This document shows, piece after piece, positions 41,670-55,481 of a stretch of 64,000 nucleotides of DNA; within the stretch, counting starts at the first letter, position 1, and every line of letters starts with the position of its first letter. Source of the stretch: the human T2T-CHM13v2.0 reference genome, Homo sapiens. The stretch lies in NCBI RefSeq assembly GCF_009914755.1, contig NC_060928.1; one strand, 5' to 3'. Below the pieces are notes generated by a model. It was not told the DNA's origin. It saw nothing but the letters and a program-made list of their open reading frames with translations, and made no database searches. The translations under genes and the position numbers were made by a program.

Positions 41670-41772
41670 CCCTTTTCTTTTTTTATTCTTCATCTTTCTT
41701 CTTCCCTGCTCCTCCTTCTCCTTCTCCTCTTCCTCCACCTCTTCCTTCTTTCTTTCTTCTTCTTCTTTTCCA
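41670..41772. repeat. CT-rich low-complexity (CTT/CTC) polypyrimidine tract
   Basis: About 100 bp almost entirely pyrimidine on the plus strand. Confidence 0.9.
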
Positions 41773-42420
41773 GCTATTTGGCCATTTGTCCATTCTAGTG
41801 GGTTAAAATAGTGAAAGAAGATATACTGAGGAAAAACAAAATCTGAGCTTCCAAAGCACAAAAAGGAAGTCTCTTTTTCTTTTTACACAGTGATTCTGCA
41901 ACTTAAGTGATCCTCAGAATTATCAAGGATCAAGAAGCTTGTTAAAAAGAAAAGGCTCAATAAAGTAAAGAAAAAGAAGAGAAAATAATTAAGAGCTTCT
42001 GGCTCCAGTCTGAAGCTACTCAATCAAATTATAACCCTCCAGGAATATAGTATCTATATTTTTAACTAATACTCTACAAGTCAGTAGCAGAGATAAAATC
42101 TACTAGTAGATGTCCTCATAATCCCCATTAAGATCATATACTAGAAGAAGTGTGGTGCAATCTTGTGAACTTAATATATAAATTGGATTTTTTTCTCAGT
42201 GAAATCACATCGTTTCCATACTGATTTGAATTTTGCATTTTACCAGTTTTCCTTGTGATGAATATGTTGAAAACTATCTTGTAGGCCCAAAGTTTTATGT
42301 TTATTATGTTCAATTATTCATAACCATATTCTTCTCTTTCTTGGTTGTGACAAAAGAATTATAACATTTGGACTGAAACTAAAGCCCACTTAATGTTGAT
42401 GGAAGATATATCAAGATAAG

Positions 42421-42472
42421 CATATGTGTGTATATACATATATATATATATGTGTGTATGTATGTGTGTATC
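42421..42472. repeat. Mixed (TA)/(TG) microsatellite
   Basis: Alternating purine-pyrimidine run. Confidence 0.85.
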
Positions 42473-44029
42473 TTTTCTTGCAGCTACAGAAAATCAGAAT
42501 CTATTTACATAATATAAACCTTCTTTCAAATGTTATTTCTAAAAAAGGAGTTTCATAGGATATATAAAATTTAGAAAATGGGAAATAATATTTAATCTCT
42601 AAAATATCTGTAATTTATATTAATAGTTTATTTAAATTATGTGCGACCTGTAATAATGTATAAACTAACCACTTTCTCTAGTCCATGAATATTTCAGTGT
42701 TTTCTTATAGAGTTGTAAGGGTGTTACTCTCATTTTGCCTTTTACGTTATGTGTTAGGGAACAACTACAGTGGTGCCAGATTTCTTTAAACAGAGTTTAA
42801 AGGTATTGGCTTCTATAAATAAACATTGCAATAACTTCATATTATGGATTCTACTTAACAAAATATTCACTGTCATACTATAATTTCATACTAAACTTTA
42901 TATTTTATAGATATATTTAGTAAACTAATAAATTATTCTGCCTACATTTTTTAAAACTTTCACATTAAGTTTCAGGACCTATTCTTGAATAAAACAAAAT
43001 AAAATGAACAAAATCAGAAAACCAAGCAAAAACAAGGGGGGGTGCTTACTTGTGTGTCCATAGTAGTTTTATTAAACATTTCATGTCTGCACAGTTCTTG
43101 ACATACAAAAGGCAAGCATATCTGGGGTTTGCACCTTTGTGATTGTGAGACCACAGAATGATTATTTCTGACAGGCTCTCAAGTGAGAGTAAGACAGCTT
43201 GACAGATACATAGGGATTTAACTATAGCACTGAGCAAGTTTCAACAAATAAATGATACCATTTTTGTTTCTGTGTTAAAAAGGAGTATTATGAAAACTAA
43301 ATTATTTATAATGAGCTAAATTTTATTCCACAAAATTTAAACAAACATAATTAGTATATATCTGTAATATTTTTAGTATAGATTTTATAATGCTATAAAA
43401 CTTGTCCTATATTTTAATCAGATCTTTTAAATTTAGTGAACATACACAATATCTCCCCTCCATACCCTTTCTTTATTTCACATTTCTAATAATAATGTGG
43501 ATGAAACACCCCAATTCATTCCCTGCTGAAGGTTAGAAATTACCAACATAGGGTAAATCAATATAAAGCTATGAATATGTATGTTGGTGCAGTTTCTCCT
43601 AATGTGTTCTTAATTTTGGACTGAAATTTGCTCAGTAGCTTTTAAAAATGACAAGTGACTTATAGGAAAAGTAACTCCTAAACATTCTATTAAAATACAT
43701 TTTACAAATAAACATGATATTATTACTAACCTTCCATGAGTTACCAAATACTAATGTGTGTGTGTAAATAACGCTTGAATTCAGCCTTCCTTGAGTAGGT
43801 CTCATTTAATTCTGGTAAGAGAGATCTGCAAACCACACTATATTTCTCAGCAAAACATATATAAAACCAGAAAAAAACCCAATCTGTAGAAGTCACATAT
43901 TATACAGAGAAAGAAAAAGTTTGAAATCTTATGTGTTTATTAATTTTGGCATTGGAAAGTTTAAGATAAATAACAAACAAAATTCTCTTTTAAAACTTCA
44001 TTAGTCACAGAATGACTTCTGCACTCATA

Positions 44030-44765
44030 TTGCCATTAGCAACTCAAAGCCTGAAACTTCAGCATAATTGTTGACTCCTTTTATCTTCACGGTTCTGCCA
44101 ATAAATCAATAAATTCCATCCATTCAACATGTTACACTCTATGAAATAATTGATATTCTACTGCTTTTTAAGAACCACACAGCAACTTCATTAGGTTCAA
44201 ATCTTTCCAGTTCTTTTCAGCCCATCTCAGCTATTCAGATGATTTGTGGCAACACCATTCCTCCCCCGTATTACGTATTACTTTAATAGAATTCAAACAA
44301 ATAGTCCGAATACAACTCTTCTGGTACTCTCTCCAAAATATTCTCTGTACTGCAATCAGATAGTTCCTTCGTGAGTAAAGATCAAGTTCACTGTCATAGC
44401 CATATGATTACTGACACAATCTAATTCCTATTTTTTCAGCTTAAAGCTGCCTATTCTTTCTTACCACGTTAACTTTAGCCACTTAAATGTTTCCAATAGC
44501 GAATTACTCTGCATCATTCAAGTCTCAGTTTAAAAAAGATTTCCACTAGAAAAATCCCTTGCCCCTAAACTCTGACTTAGATGTATCATCCACCTTGTGC
44601 TTTCATAATTCTTATATAATAGTTATCACACTGTGTTTAATACCTGTCAGGTTCATTACTATCCCACCAGTGATAGGTTTCTAAGGGCAATGACTTAAAA
44701 AAAAAAAAACTTATAGCTCCTCCGACATTGTTGACAAAGTACAGGCAGTCAACAAATAGTAATCT
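44030..44765 (+). mobile_element. L2 fragment, highly diverged
   Basis: aagcctgaaacttcagcataattgttgactcctt, cattcaagtctcagtttaaa and an end resembling gtaggcactcaataaata. Confidence 0.5.
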
Positions 44766-44894
44766 ATTTTCATTAACCGTTTAGCTCCAATACAAGCTGT
44801 TAAGGGAAGTCTAGGAATGTCTACACAAAATAAAGCCAAATATTTTAAATAAAGGATCCAATATATTAGACATTGCTAGGTGTATTGTAATTCA

Positions 44895-45010
44895 GCCATT
44901 AAACAAATATTCATTGATCTTCTACTATGTGACAAGTTCTTTTTCTGTGCTTTGGATATAGAGTTGAATATGACTGTGTTTTTCTCTCACAGAATTTATA
45001 ATTTAGTGGA
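44895..45010 (-). mobile_element. L2 3' end fragment
   Basis: aacaaatattcattgatcttctactatgtgacaag...ctgtgctttggatatagagttgaata. Confidence 0.6.
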
Positions 45011-45164
45011 GTTAAGCGGAAAGGAGACTTGAAGTATTTTGAATCTGGGCTCTATGGTCATTTTTATGTTACTATATTATTTATATAACATTAAATTTTA
45101 CAGTATTGATTCTATATTCCCACTCCTACCAAGCTATGGAAACTTTTTGTTAAGAAAAGACTAG

Positions 45165-45475
45165 GGCCCGGTGCAGTGGCTCACGCCTGTAATCCCAGCA
45201 CTTTGGGAGGCCGAGGTGGGAGGATCACGAGGTCAGGAGATGGAGACCATCCTGGCTAACACGGTGAAACCCCGTCTCTACTAAAAATACAAAAACTTAG
45301 CCGGGCGTGGTGGTGGGAGCCTGTAGTTCCAGCTACTTAGGAGGCTGAGACAGGAGAATGATGTGAACGTGGGAGGCGGAGCTTGCAGTGAGCCGAGATC
45401 GCGCCACTGCACTCCAGCCTGGGCGACACAGTGAGACTCCGTCTCAAAAAAAAAAAAAAAAAAGAAAAGAAACTA
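45165..45475 (+). mobile_element. Full-length Alu SINE, AluY
   Basis: accatcctggctaacacggtg and gggaggcggagcttgcagtgagccgagatcgcgcc. Many CpGs are retained. Perfect 13-bp TSD aagaaaagactag at 45152-45164 and 45476-45488. Confidence 0.97.
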
Positions 45476-46696
45476 AAGAAAAGACTAGATGTCAGAGTAT
45501 GGGAAAAGGGTAGATAGTCTAAAATGAGAGGGGAGATGGATGAAATTATCATAGTTCTGTGCCCTATGTTTCTAAGATGTTCTTATAGTGAACTTCCAGT
45601 ACTTTGATACTCTAATTTTAGTCATGTCTGAACTGATTACCTGTTGACAAAGAATTTGGTCTTAAAATTACACAAATTGTATGCTAGTAACTTTGCACTA
45701 CTACTTCAGTCCTTTTGTCATACGCACATCACATAATTGCCCAGGAGATCACAGCCTCTGTTTATTAGAATTTCAAGTTTCTCCTCTGATCTCAGAAGTA
45801 TCTGCTTACAAATGATTTGGGAAATAAAAAAATATAGGTGCATGTTCATTAAAATGCACTATTCAAGGTAACAGGAAAGAGATTCAGGGTATACTTATTT
45901 TTCTGCCTACAAAGTAAATAATTTTCATTACACAGCAAGCATCTTACCCATAACACAGGAACGGCAAGACATAAACTGCTGCTAATTGCCAGCCTGCTTG
46001 ATAGAGGCAGCTCACGAATCAGTATATTTGGCTTCCATATTGATGCCCAGCAATGTGTCAAAAAAGTGATTGTCTAGATTTAAAACTTGGGAGACTTCAA
46101 ATTTTAAAATGCCTATTTTCATTATTTCTTGAAAAATCAGATCTAGCAACACTAAGATCAATTTCCTATATGGCAACCATTGGCTGGCAGTCACATTATG
46201 CATTCTTCTTTTCTGATGGGACATTTTCTCATCAGTTTTCCCCAATCTCCAGAAACCTAAAGTTGTTGTATACCTAATCTATTGCCTTATTTATGCCATC
46301 ACTTATGTTCAACAAGTAATTGTGATTGGCACCATGTTCTATGCTCTTATGACATTTTATGTAATTATTGTTTTTTTAAGAATAAACTTCAAAAATTATG
46401 CTCAACAATCATTTTTTAAGGCAATAATCTGCAATTTGTGGGTATCAAAATTCCTGGGGTGTTTACCATGCAGATTTTCTGGCATAGTCTCAGAAAGGGA
46501 GATTAAGTGAGTATGAGGTACCTGCCAGGAAATGTGCAATTTTTCAGGCCCCTTCTTATAAGACCGCTTAATCTAATGCCTTTTATTTGTTTTCTAGACT
46601 TTGTGGAGTAATCATAATAGCAATGAGTTTTTCAAAATCATAAAAAGTTGAAATATTGAAAATACTAAAGAAAGGATTCACTTCATTGCTTCTCCA

Positions 46697-46820
46697 TATA
46701 TATATAATATATATGAGAAGCTATGTATATATATATATGAGAAGCTATATATATATATGAGAAGCTATATATATATATATGTGAGAAGCTATATATATAT
46801 ATAGAGGGAGAGAGAGAGAG
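46697..46820. repeat. Compound tandem repeat: 4 x [TGAGAAGC + (TA)n], then (GA)n
   Basis: tgagaagcta occurs four times, separated by TA runs of variable length. Confidence 0.93.
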
Positions 46821-47229
46821 TAATTGAACGTATGACAAATTAGTGCTGAAGCATACTTTGCTTATTAACATTGTGGGAAACTGTTGGAGGGGAATACTTT
46901 ATCTGTATGAACTTTATTTATTCATGGACTGAGTTTACTTTATAATTACAATGAGGAAACCTAACCAAGATTTTAATGCAACTGATTTTTAATCACTGGA
47001 GCAAGGCATTAATTTTCATTATTTGGTATGATGCCTTAAACACTCTGCAAGAAGCAGTCTTTACAGTAAGGAATAATTTTTTTCTTTAGTGAATAGGACT
47101 TCCTTCAGTCAGATTTAAGTGTGTGAGACACATCTATGTTAGAGAAGACACATCTATGACAAGAATCTTTAACAACCTATTTATTAAATCCCACTACTTT
47201 AATCTGGACTTGTTCTACAACTGTCTGTA

Positions 47230-48100
47230 TACCTGGGTCTCCCTTCATTATCATGCTGGCTAATCCCTTGTTTTTTGTTGTTGTTTTCATTTTGATTCTT
47301 TTGTTTAAAGGATTCTACTTTTTTCCTGTTCCTGGTTTATTGTCTTATTTTGGTTGCTATGTCTCTACCAGTTTATTGGTGAAAAAGTTTTATATAAGGC
47401 AATGTTTTTGTTGTTGTTAACAATTTGTACAACTTATGTACTAATTCTACCCTCACATCTGCTTGAGAGCTGGATTGGGTATAGAGGTCTAGGTTAGAAT
47501 CATTTTTCCTCAGCACTATGAGGAAATATTTCATTGTCTTTTATTTGTCAATGTTTCTGTTGTGAAGTTCAGTGCTATTGTTATCATTACTCCTCTGACT
47601 GCAACTTTGTATTTTCTTTCAATCTTAAAGTGGCCTTTGTTTTCACAGGTATAAAATTCCTTAATGATGTGACTTGAGCATATTTTCCCACAGGTCGTGT
47701 TGGGTATTAAGTGGACTCAGTTTTTAGTCCATGTCTTTTAATATTTAAGAGTTTTTAAAATTATTTTAATAATGATATAGTAATTTCCTTCTCTTTTTAT
47801 AGAAGTTCTCTTCGATTGCATGTTGGATCATCAGGAAAATATATATATATATTTTTTTCTTTTATCTCCTATCTTCCAATTCTTGGCTTTTAATTCAAGA
47901 TTTAGTTAAATTTACTTATATTTATTTTCCACTTTTTTGTCATTTCTGTTACATAGTTTTATTTTTCAAGAGCATTCATTTGTTAGTTCAATCTTTCTTT
48001 TAATAAAGTTATATTATTTCTTCATGGATATATTGCCTTCTCCTTGAAAAAATATTATCCCTTAGAAAATATCACCATATTTTACTATCTGATTCTAATG
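47230..48100 (-). mobile_element. Old L1M (L1ME/L1M5-class) ORF1-region fragment
   Basis: tgggtatagaggtctaggttagaatcatttttcctcagcact...ttcattgtctttta...tgttgtgaagttcagtgc is typical of reverse old L1 ORF1. Confidence 0.6.
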
Positions 48101-51100
48101 AATCTTTTTTTTTTGTTTTTATGTTTAAAATATACATAATTTTTAAAAGTTAGAATAGAGGGATAGTAAAAAAGGATTAATAAAAATAAAAAATTTTTAA
48201 GGAAATTGTAAGAATAATTTCAACATTGCAAATTGTTTTATCTCAGCAAATTTTGGTACACAGACTTTGTAAAAGATGAAAGAATACTGTCTCACAATCT
48301 TTCAGGAAACTGGCTTAGACTAAAGTTGTGGCCCAAATATTGTATCTTGAATTTCTCCCCACTGAATTACTAAAACTGTATCAAAATACCATTTTTCGTT
48401 GTTTGGAAAATATTGCTTACTCATTACTTTGTAAAGTTGAGAAAATGTATGTGGGAGATCATCATCTAAATACTCATATTCTGATATTTCATTTATGATC
48501 AATTTTACTATCATAATTAGTGTTTAGAGTATAATCTGTCTCATTTAATTCATTTTCTGATTTACCTAGTAACTGCAAAATATAATTCTCTGTCAGTGTT
48601 ATTCTCTTTTCTGTTGCATATAGGCCAAACATGAAAAATCATATTTCTCATGCTGAAAAAAAAATCTTCAGGTAGACTGCAGATATTGATTACCTACTTT
48701 TATACTCTGTAAAAGTTTATTCAATACCTTGCACAATGCCATTAGAAAACTCAAGAAGCATGATCCATTTCACTATTGCATCATTTTTTATAAGATTTCA
48801 TTGTTCTTCCCTTTTCTTATAATTTCGGTATTTATTTAGGAATAATTGATGACTAATAAAATAATTTCTAGATTAATACAATAGCAAAATATATTGTTAT
48901 TGGGAAAAATCAGTAAGGTTCTATAATGTATCTTAGAATTCTAAAAGTGTCCAATGAACCCGTACAGAAATTGCAAGAGATAATAAGTTTTATTTTATTT
49001 TTAAAAAATAGATTTATTGTCTCTCTTTCCTATGGGAATCCTATAAGGAAGAATACAATTGTAAAATGTTAATTGCTCTAAACAATTAGAAATACTCAAA
49101 ATAATTTTTTCAAATAGTTATAGATGCTTGAACGTAACAGGTGCAATTGTTACAAATTGTACAATAAAGGTTAAATATCGATATTTGATATTTTCTTTGT
49201 TATTAATATTAACTGTATCCTCCACGGTATATTTTACTGTTAGTCACATTTTGCCTCTATTTTTCAGGTTAGAGTGTTTCCACAGATAATCTTTGGTTCC
49301 CTGATTATATTTAAGAGTGACAGAATAGAAAGTTAATTGGAAGCTCCATTAGGAGGTTTGTCTTACAAAGTGTTGTGTGCATTCTAGATTATCTACGTGG
49401 GTTATTTCTTTGGGGAATATGTGATAATAATATCTCTTTTTCAATCTTATCAAGATGGTTGGATATTCTAAAAAGATACATTTTCTGTCTCACCTGGATG
49501 CCAATGGTCTTGTAAGTCAGAATACTGGTAGCTGAATAGCAGAAAAGGGCTGCAGTGCCCAGCATTCAGTGTGAATATGTTCACTTAGAATGGCTGTTTT
49601 CAGTCAAATATAACAGTCTCTAGGCCATTAACTCTCTATCTTAGGCTCCGAAAAGAAACTTTACCTTTATAATTTTGTGCTGTGATGGGAGAGAGGTTTA
49701 TGCTTTATGTCTGCATAATATTAGAAAGAGCACCTAAAAAATCAAAATGCTTTAAACATTTTATTTAATTGTTCTTATTCTAGTGGTAGTCTATTGAACT
49801 TTTATTTTCAGATATGATTTGGCTCAAAATTATTGCGAGTTGAAAGATTCTAAGGTTTAAATCACATGGAATTTAAAAACCTCTTTACTGTATGTTTAGA
49901 ATTCATCATTTTCTGGTCAGCCAACTCAGTTACCAGTCATTAATTTACTCCATTTCTTCTAAAATTCCATGGCTGTTTTTTTTTTTTTTTTTGCTTCATT
50001 TGACTCATTTATAGATTTGTGTTCTAAAAACCTACTCAATGTTCATTAATGTTTCAAATTAAGCAAAAGTAGATATATTCAATGTGTAATTTTTACCCAT
50101 ATTTCCCCATTTGACTCTTGACATCCTCTAATTCATAATCTTTCTTAGAATATTTTGGGATACATGAATAAAATGTATCCCAAATGAATAAAATACCACA
50201 AATATGTTAAATTAATTATTATTATGTTGAAGTGACACTAAGAGGCAGAATCAGAACTGAAATTCATTTACACTGAATTTATGCTCCTCAAGGCCTAGGA
50301 AATCTGATCAATCATTAAGAAATATATGAGAATTGACTTGTGTTTACTTGTTTATTTCAAATTCTAATAACCATTATTTTATGTAAAGTAAATATATAAA
50401 ATTGTTTCAAGTCAATATAACATCATAGGATTCTTGGGTTTATCTGTACACATAGTTCCATAAAGGCAAAATTCTCTGAATTTTCCATTAGCTTCTTATT
50501 TAAATAAAAGTTATTTCACTGCTTAATTCAAGATTTTCTAGAAAAGGAGCTAAAAAATAGAAGTGTCTCAACCCAATCAACACACTTTGCCTCTAGAAAA
50601 TAATGTCTGCTTTAGTTTGCATAAGTATTTTACTTCAATTGCTGTTCAAACACTAGAATGGATGGATTTGTGTTTAAAGACAACAAAATTAATCTCCAAG
50701 TATTTAAAGTTTGAGGGTTTTTTTTTCTTTTAAAGCTAAGTGGGTTTTAGTATCGTAAGGGAATTAAATAGCTTTTGAGAGTGATTTTTATATCAACATG
50801 CTCCAAAGCTTTTGTAGGTTTCAGGCAACCATTTTAAAGATATTTTGTTCAAATAATGGATTTGTTTTATTCTCAGATAAGTCACCCAGTAATCCCTTGC
50901 TTTGCAGCTTATAGCGGCTGTAGCCAAGGTTAATTAATTAGAAATATTAAAGCTTGGATTAACACTTGGACCTGATTCACAAATAATTTGCTTGAAAGTA
51001 TCTAAGTTGCCCAGTAAATTTATTTTTTGAAACTTAGTGCCATACAACAGAAAAGTAGTTTTCAAAAAACTTTTTTAGACAGATATACTAGGTAAGCTAT

Positions 51101-51203
51101 GAGAAATAAGAGGTTTCTATCTGGTTTCTTACCAGCCAAACTCACTTAATCTATACTAATTTATACATCTGTTCAGCAGGTGTCTGTAAAGATAAAAACA
51201 TAG

Positions 51204-51585
51204 TGTAATGCCCCTTCCCCAATCCCCAAAACTGGGATGGTGCTGACATACCAAAGAATGATTTGGACAAGTCCAGCTTGTTGAGCAGATGAGTTTATTA
51301 AAACTCACATATACAGCATTTCCGGGTGGGAGCAGGACAGCTATAGAGATCTGGGCCCCTCCCATTCCTAAGCTGCCCTTAAGCTGATTTTCTGGCTCTT
51401 CGTCTACTGTATGTGTGTGTGATGGGACTGCTTTCTTTGGTAGGTTCTCTGATACTCTTCTGTAGGTAGGTTTGGGTTTTCAGATACATCTGTTTCTTGG
51501 TTAGGCATCATGCCCTTGGCTTACCGCCTAGCCTTCAGAGTTCAGGCAGCTCTTTAGTAACGTGGTGGGGGACCCTCACACTACA
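51204..51585 (-). mobile_element. ERVL-class solo LTR (LTR47-like)
   Basis: TG...CA termini (tgtaatg...cactaca), a minus-strand AATAAA at tttatt ~51294-51299, and GC content well above the flanks. The subfamily name is from memory. Confidence 0.7.
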
Positions 51586-54059
51586 GTGTCATGATGGCAT
51601 TTTGTAAAACATGGCTATTTTTTAGAAAACAAACAAAATATGCTTAAATATCTGTAAGGCAAGTGTGCACTTTCAAATAGTTAATACATTTCATGTTGAA
51701 GAGTAACATAATTCCTATAGTATTTTGAAAGATTTGTTATATAACCTTGGACACAGAAAAGACATGCTAGAAATCTAAAGGAGCAATGAACTGGAGCTGG
51801 CATGATGACAGCTTCTGCAGATAACTCTTTTACAAATTAGAAATTCTGAATTTGTTAAAAGTGAGCCTTAAAAGATGTTTACACATAGGAATATATAAAG
51901 CCCCATTGCCAATGTATGTGCCCCCACCAAAAAAAAAAAAAATCAAAACAGAAACATGCTTTCAGAATGTTTGCAAATGAGAAATAGAAAGCTTTTTCAA
52001 AAAAGTTTTGAGGAGGGGGTGGAGCAAGATGGCAGAATACAAAGCTATATCAATTGTCACCCCCGCAAGGATGCCAAGTTAACAACTATCTACACAAAAT
52101 AAACTTTCATAAGACCCAAAAATCAGGTGAGCACTTACAGTACCTGGTTTTACCTTCATATTGCTGAAAGAGGCACTGGAGTGATTTAAAAAACAGTCCT
52201 GAATCGCAGGTGCCACTCCTCCCCCAATCCCTGTAGAGGGAGCATGGTACAGAGAGATCGCTGGGCACTGGAGGAAGGAGAACAAAGCAATTGTGAAGCA
52301 ATGACCTCAGGGCTGTCCTGTTAGAGCAGAAAGGAAAACCAGGCCAAACTCAGCTGATGCCCACCCATGGAGGGAGCATTTAAACCAGCTCTAGACAGAG
52401 GGGGAACTGCCTATCCCAGCAGTTCAAATTTGAGTGCTTGCAAACCTCACCACAGAGGGCTACAGCACTCTGTGTCTTCAGGTGAACTTGAAAGGCAATC
52501 TAGGCCATAAGGACTGCAACTCCTAGGCGAGTTCTAATGCAGAATTAAACCCAGAGACAGTGTAGCACATGGGGGCACATGACCTACTGAGACACCAGCT
52601 AGGACAGCCAAAGGAGTGCTGGCATCACCCCTCTCCTAGCCCCAGGCTCCATAGCTCATGGCTCCAAAAGATACCCCTTCCTTCCAATTGGGGAGTTGAG
52701 AAGGAAGAGTGGGGAGGACTGTGTCTCACATCTAGGATACCCACTCAGCCACAGCAGGATATGGCACCAGTCAAAGCCAGAGTCCCCTCATTCCAGGTCC
52801 TACCTGCCAGATGACATTTTTAGACACATCTTGGGCCAGAAGAGAACCCACCACCTGGAAGAAAAGTCCTTCAGCATTCATCCCGACGGCATTCATTACA
52901 GGCTACCTGAAGAGACTTTGGGTCCTGGAAAACCAGAAGTGATACCCAGGTACTACATTGAAGGCCTTGGGTAAGGCTCTGAGACTTGCTGGTTTCAGGT
53001 GAGACTCAGCACATAACCAGCTGTGGTGGCTATGGGGCAACACTCCTTCTGCTTGAGAAAAAAGAAGGGAAAAAGTAAAGGGGACTTTGTCTTGCACCTC
53101 AGGCACCAGCACAGCCACAGTGGGGTAGAGTACAAAGTGGGCTCTAGGGGTCCCCGATTCCAGGACTTCACTCATGGATGGCTTTTCTGGACCTGTCCTG
53201 GGCCATAGATGAGCCCACTGACCTGAAGGGTGAGTCCTAGGTCAGGCAGCATTTACAAGCTGCCTTAAGAGACCATGGGACTTAAGGGAGTATTGGAGGT
53301 AGTCTGGCAGTATTTCCTATAGCCTAGAGTGGCAGTGGCTATGGCGGGAGGCTCCTCTCCCTTTGGAAAGGGAAGAGAAGAGTGGGAAGGAATGTTTAAT
53401 GTGGTTTGAGTGCTAGCGCAGTCACAATACAATAGAACACCAGGTAGACATCTAAGGATTTTGACTCTGGTCCCTGACTCTTGGCTGGCACTCCTGGACC
53501 AACCTCGGGCTTGGGCAACCTCATTGCCCTAAAGGGAAGGACACAGGCCAGGCTGGCTTTGCCACGTAGTGATTGTAGAGCAGCAGGGCCTTGAGAAAAC
53601 ATAGGGAGTAACCAGGGAGTGATTACAGCAGGCCTTGGGCAGGAATCAGCACTGTGTAGGCTTCAGGTCTCATCCAGTGCATTTATAGAGGTGGTGGTCA
53701 CAGGGTTGCTTGTGTTACTCCAACTTCAGCTTTAGGTGGCTCAGAAGAGACAGAGAGATTCTGAATATTTGGGAGAAAGTAAGGGAAGAGAACAAGATTA
53801 TCTGCCTGGTAATCCAGAAAATTCTCCTGAATCTTGTCCAAGACCATCAAGGTAGTACCTCTATGAATCTGCAAGAACCATAGTGTTACTGAGCTTGAGG
53901 TGCCCTCTAAAGCAGATACAGCTTACATCACAACACCCAAGTTCTTTCAAATATCTCGAAATATTTTCGAAGAATGACAGCTACAAATAAAACCAGATAG
54001 TAAAGACTACAATAAATACCTAACCCTTCAATGCCCAGACACTGAACAGCTACTAGCAT

Positions 54060-54962
54060 GAACAGCATCCAGGAAAACATGATGTCACCAAATGAACTAA
54101 ATAAGGCACCAGGGACCAATCCTGGAAAAACAGATATGAACAGAAAGTCAAGATAATAAATACAAAGGCAATCAGAATCTTATTAGATACATTTAACAAA
54201 GAAATTGAAATAATTAAAAAGAATCAAGCAGAAATTCCAGAGCTAAAACTGCAAATTGCATACTGAAGAATGCATCAGAGAGTTCTTTAATAGCAGAATT
54301 GATAAGGCAGAAGAAAAAATTAGTGAACTGGAAGACAGGCTATTTGAAAATACAGTCAGAGAAGACAAAAGAAAAAAGAATAGAAATCAATAAAGCACAC
54401 CTACAAGATCTAGAAAATATCCTCAAAAGGACAAATCTAAAAGTTATTAGCTTTATAGAGGAGGTAGACAAAGAGATAGGGATAAAAGGTTTGCTCTAAG
54501 GGATAATAACAGAGAACTTCTCAAACTTGGGGAAAGATAGTATCTGAGTACAAGAAGGTTATAGAACACCAAGCAGATTTAACCCAAAGAAAAGTACCTC
54601 AAGGCATTTAATAACCAAATCTCCAAAGATCAAGTTTAAAGAAAACAGCAAGAGGAAAGAAACAAATAACATACAATGGAGCACCAATACATCTGGCAGC
54701 AGACTTTTCAGAGGAAACCATACAGAACAGGAGAGAGTGACAAGACATATTTACAATGCTGAAGGTAAAAACAAAACAAAACAAAGAAACAAAAAATGTT
54801 TCTCCTAGAATACTATATCTGGTGAAAATAACTTTCAAACTTTAAGGATAAATAAAGGCTTTGCCAGACAAACTAAATGCTGAGGGATTTTATCAATGCC
54901 AGACCCATCCTATAAGAAATACTAAAGAGAGTACTTCGATCAGAAAGAAATGGACATTAATG
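54060..54962 (+). pseudogene. Decayed L1 ORF1
   Basis: Peptide KEKRIEINKAHLQDLENILKRTNLKVI, plus nucleotide motifs ccaatacatctggcagcagacttttca and ctagaatactatatctggtgaaaata. Confidence 0.8.
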
Positions 54963-55481
54963 AGCAACCAATAATCACCTGAAGATACAAAACTCACTGG
55001 TGAGTACACAGAAAAATATGGAATATTATAACACTGTAACTCTGGTGTGTAAACTACTCTTATCCTAAGTAGAAAGAGTAAATGATGAACCAATGAAAAA
55101 TAATAACACCAGCTATTCAAGATATGGTCAGTACAATAAGATATAGATAGAAACAACAAAAAGTTAAAATGTAAGAAACGAACTGAAGATGTAGAGTTTT
55201 TATTTATTTTCTTTTGCTTGTTTGTTTATGCAAATAGTGTCAAGTTGTTATGAGGTTAAAATAATTGGTTAAGTTGTTATCAGCTTAAAATCATGGGTTA
55301 TAAGATAATATTTGCAAGCCTCATGGTACCCTCAAATCAAAAAACACACAATGGCTACACAAAAAAATAAAAAGCAAGAAACTCAATCCTATCACCAAGA
55401 AAATCATCTTTACTGCAGGAAGACAGAAGGAAGGAAAGAAGAAAGAGGAGACAACAAAGCAACCTGAAAACAAATAACAAA

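Noticed and set aside
41581-41861. Ser/Phe-rich and Glu/Lys-rich ORFs on opposite strands
   Set aside because: Both are translations of the CT-rich low-complexity tract.
41888-42080. Possible MER5-type DNA transposon remnant
   Set aside because: Only scattered short motifs match; too weak to call without a profile search.
46697-46820. Repeat-spacer pattern resembling a CRISPR array
   Set aside because: The repeat is only 8-10 bp, the spacers are TA runs rather than unique sequence, and there are no cas genes.
49173-49186. 14-bp palindrome aaatatcgatattt
   Set aside because: AT-rich 7-bp arms are common by chance.
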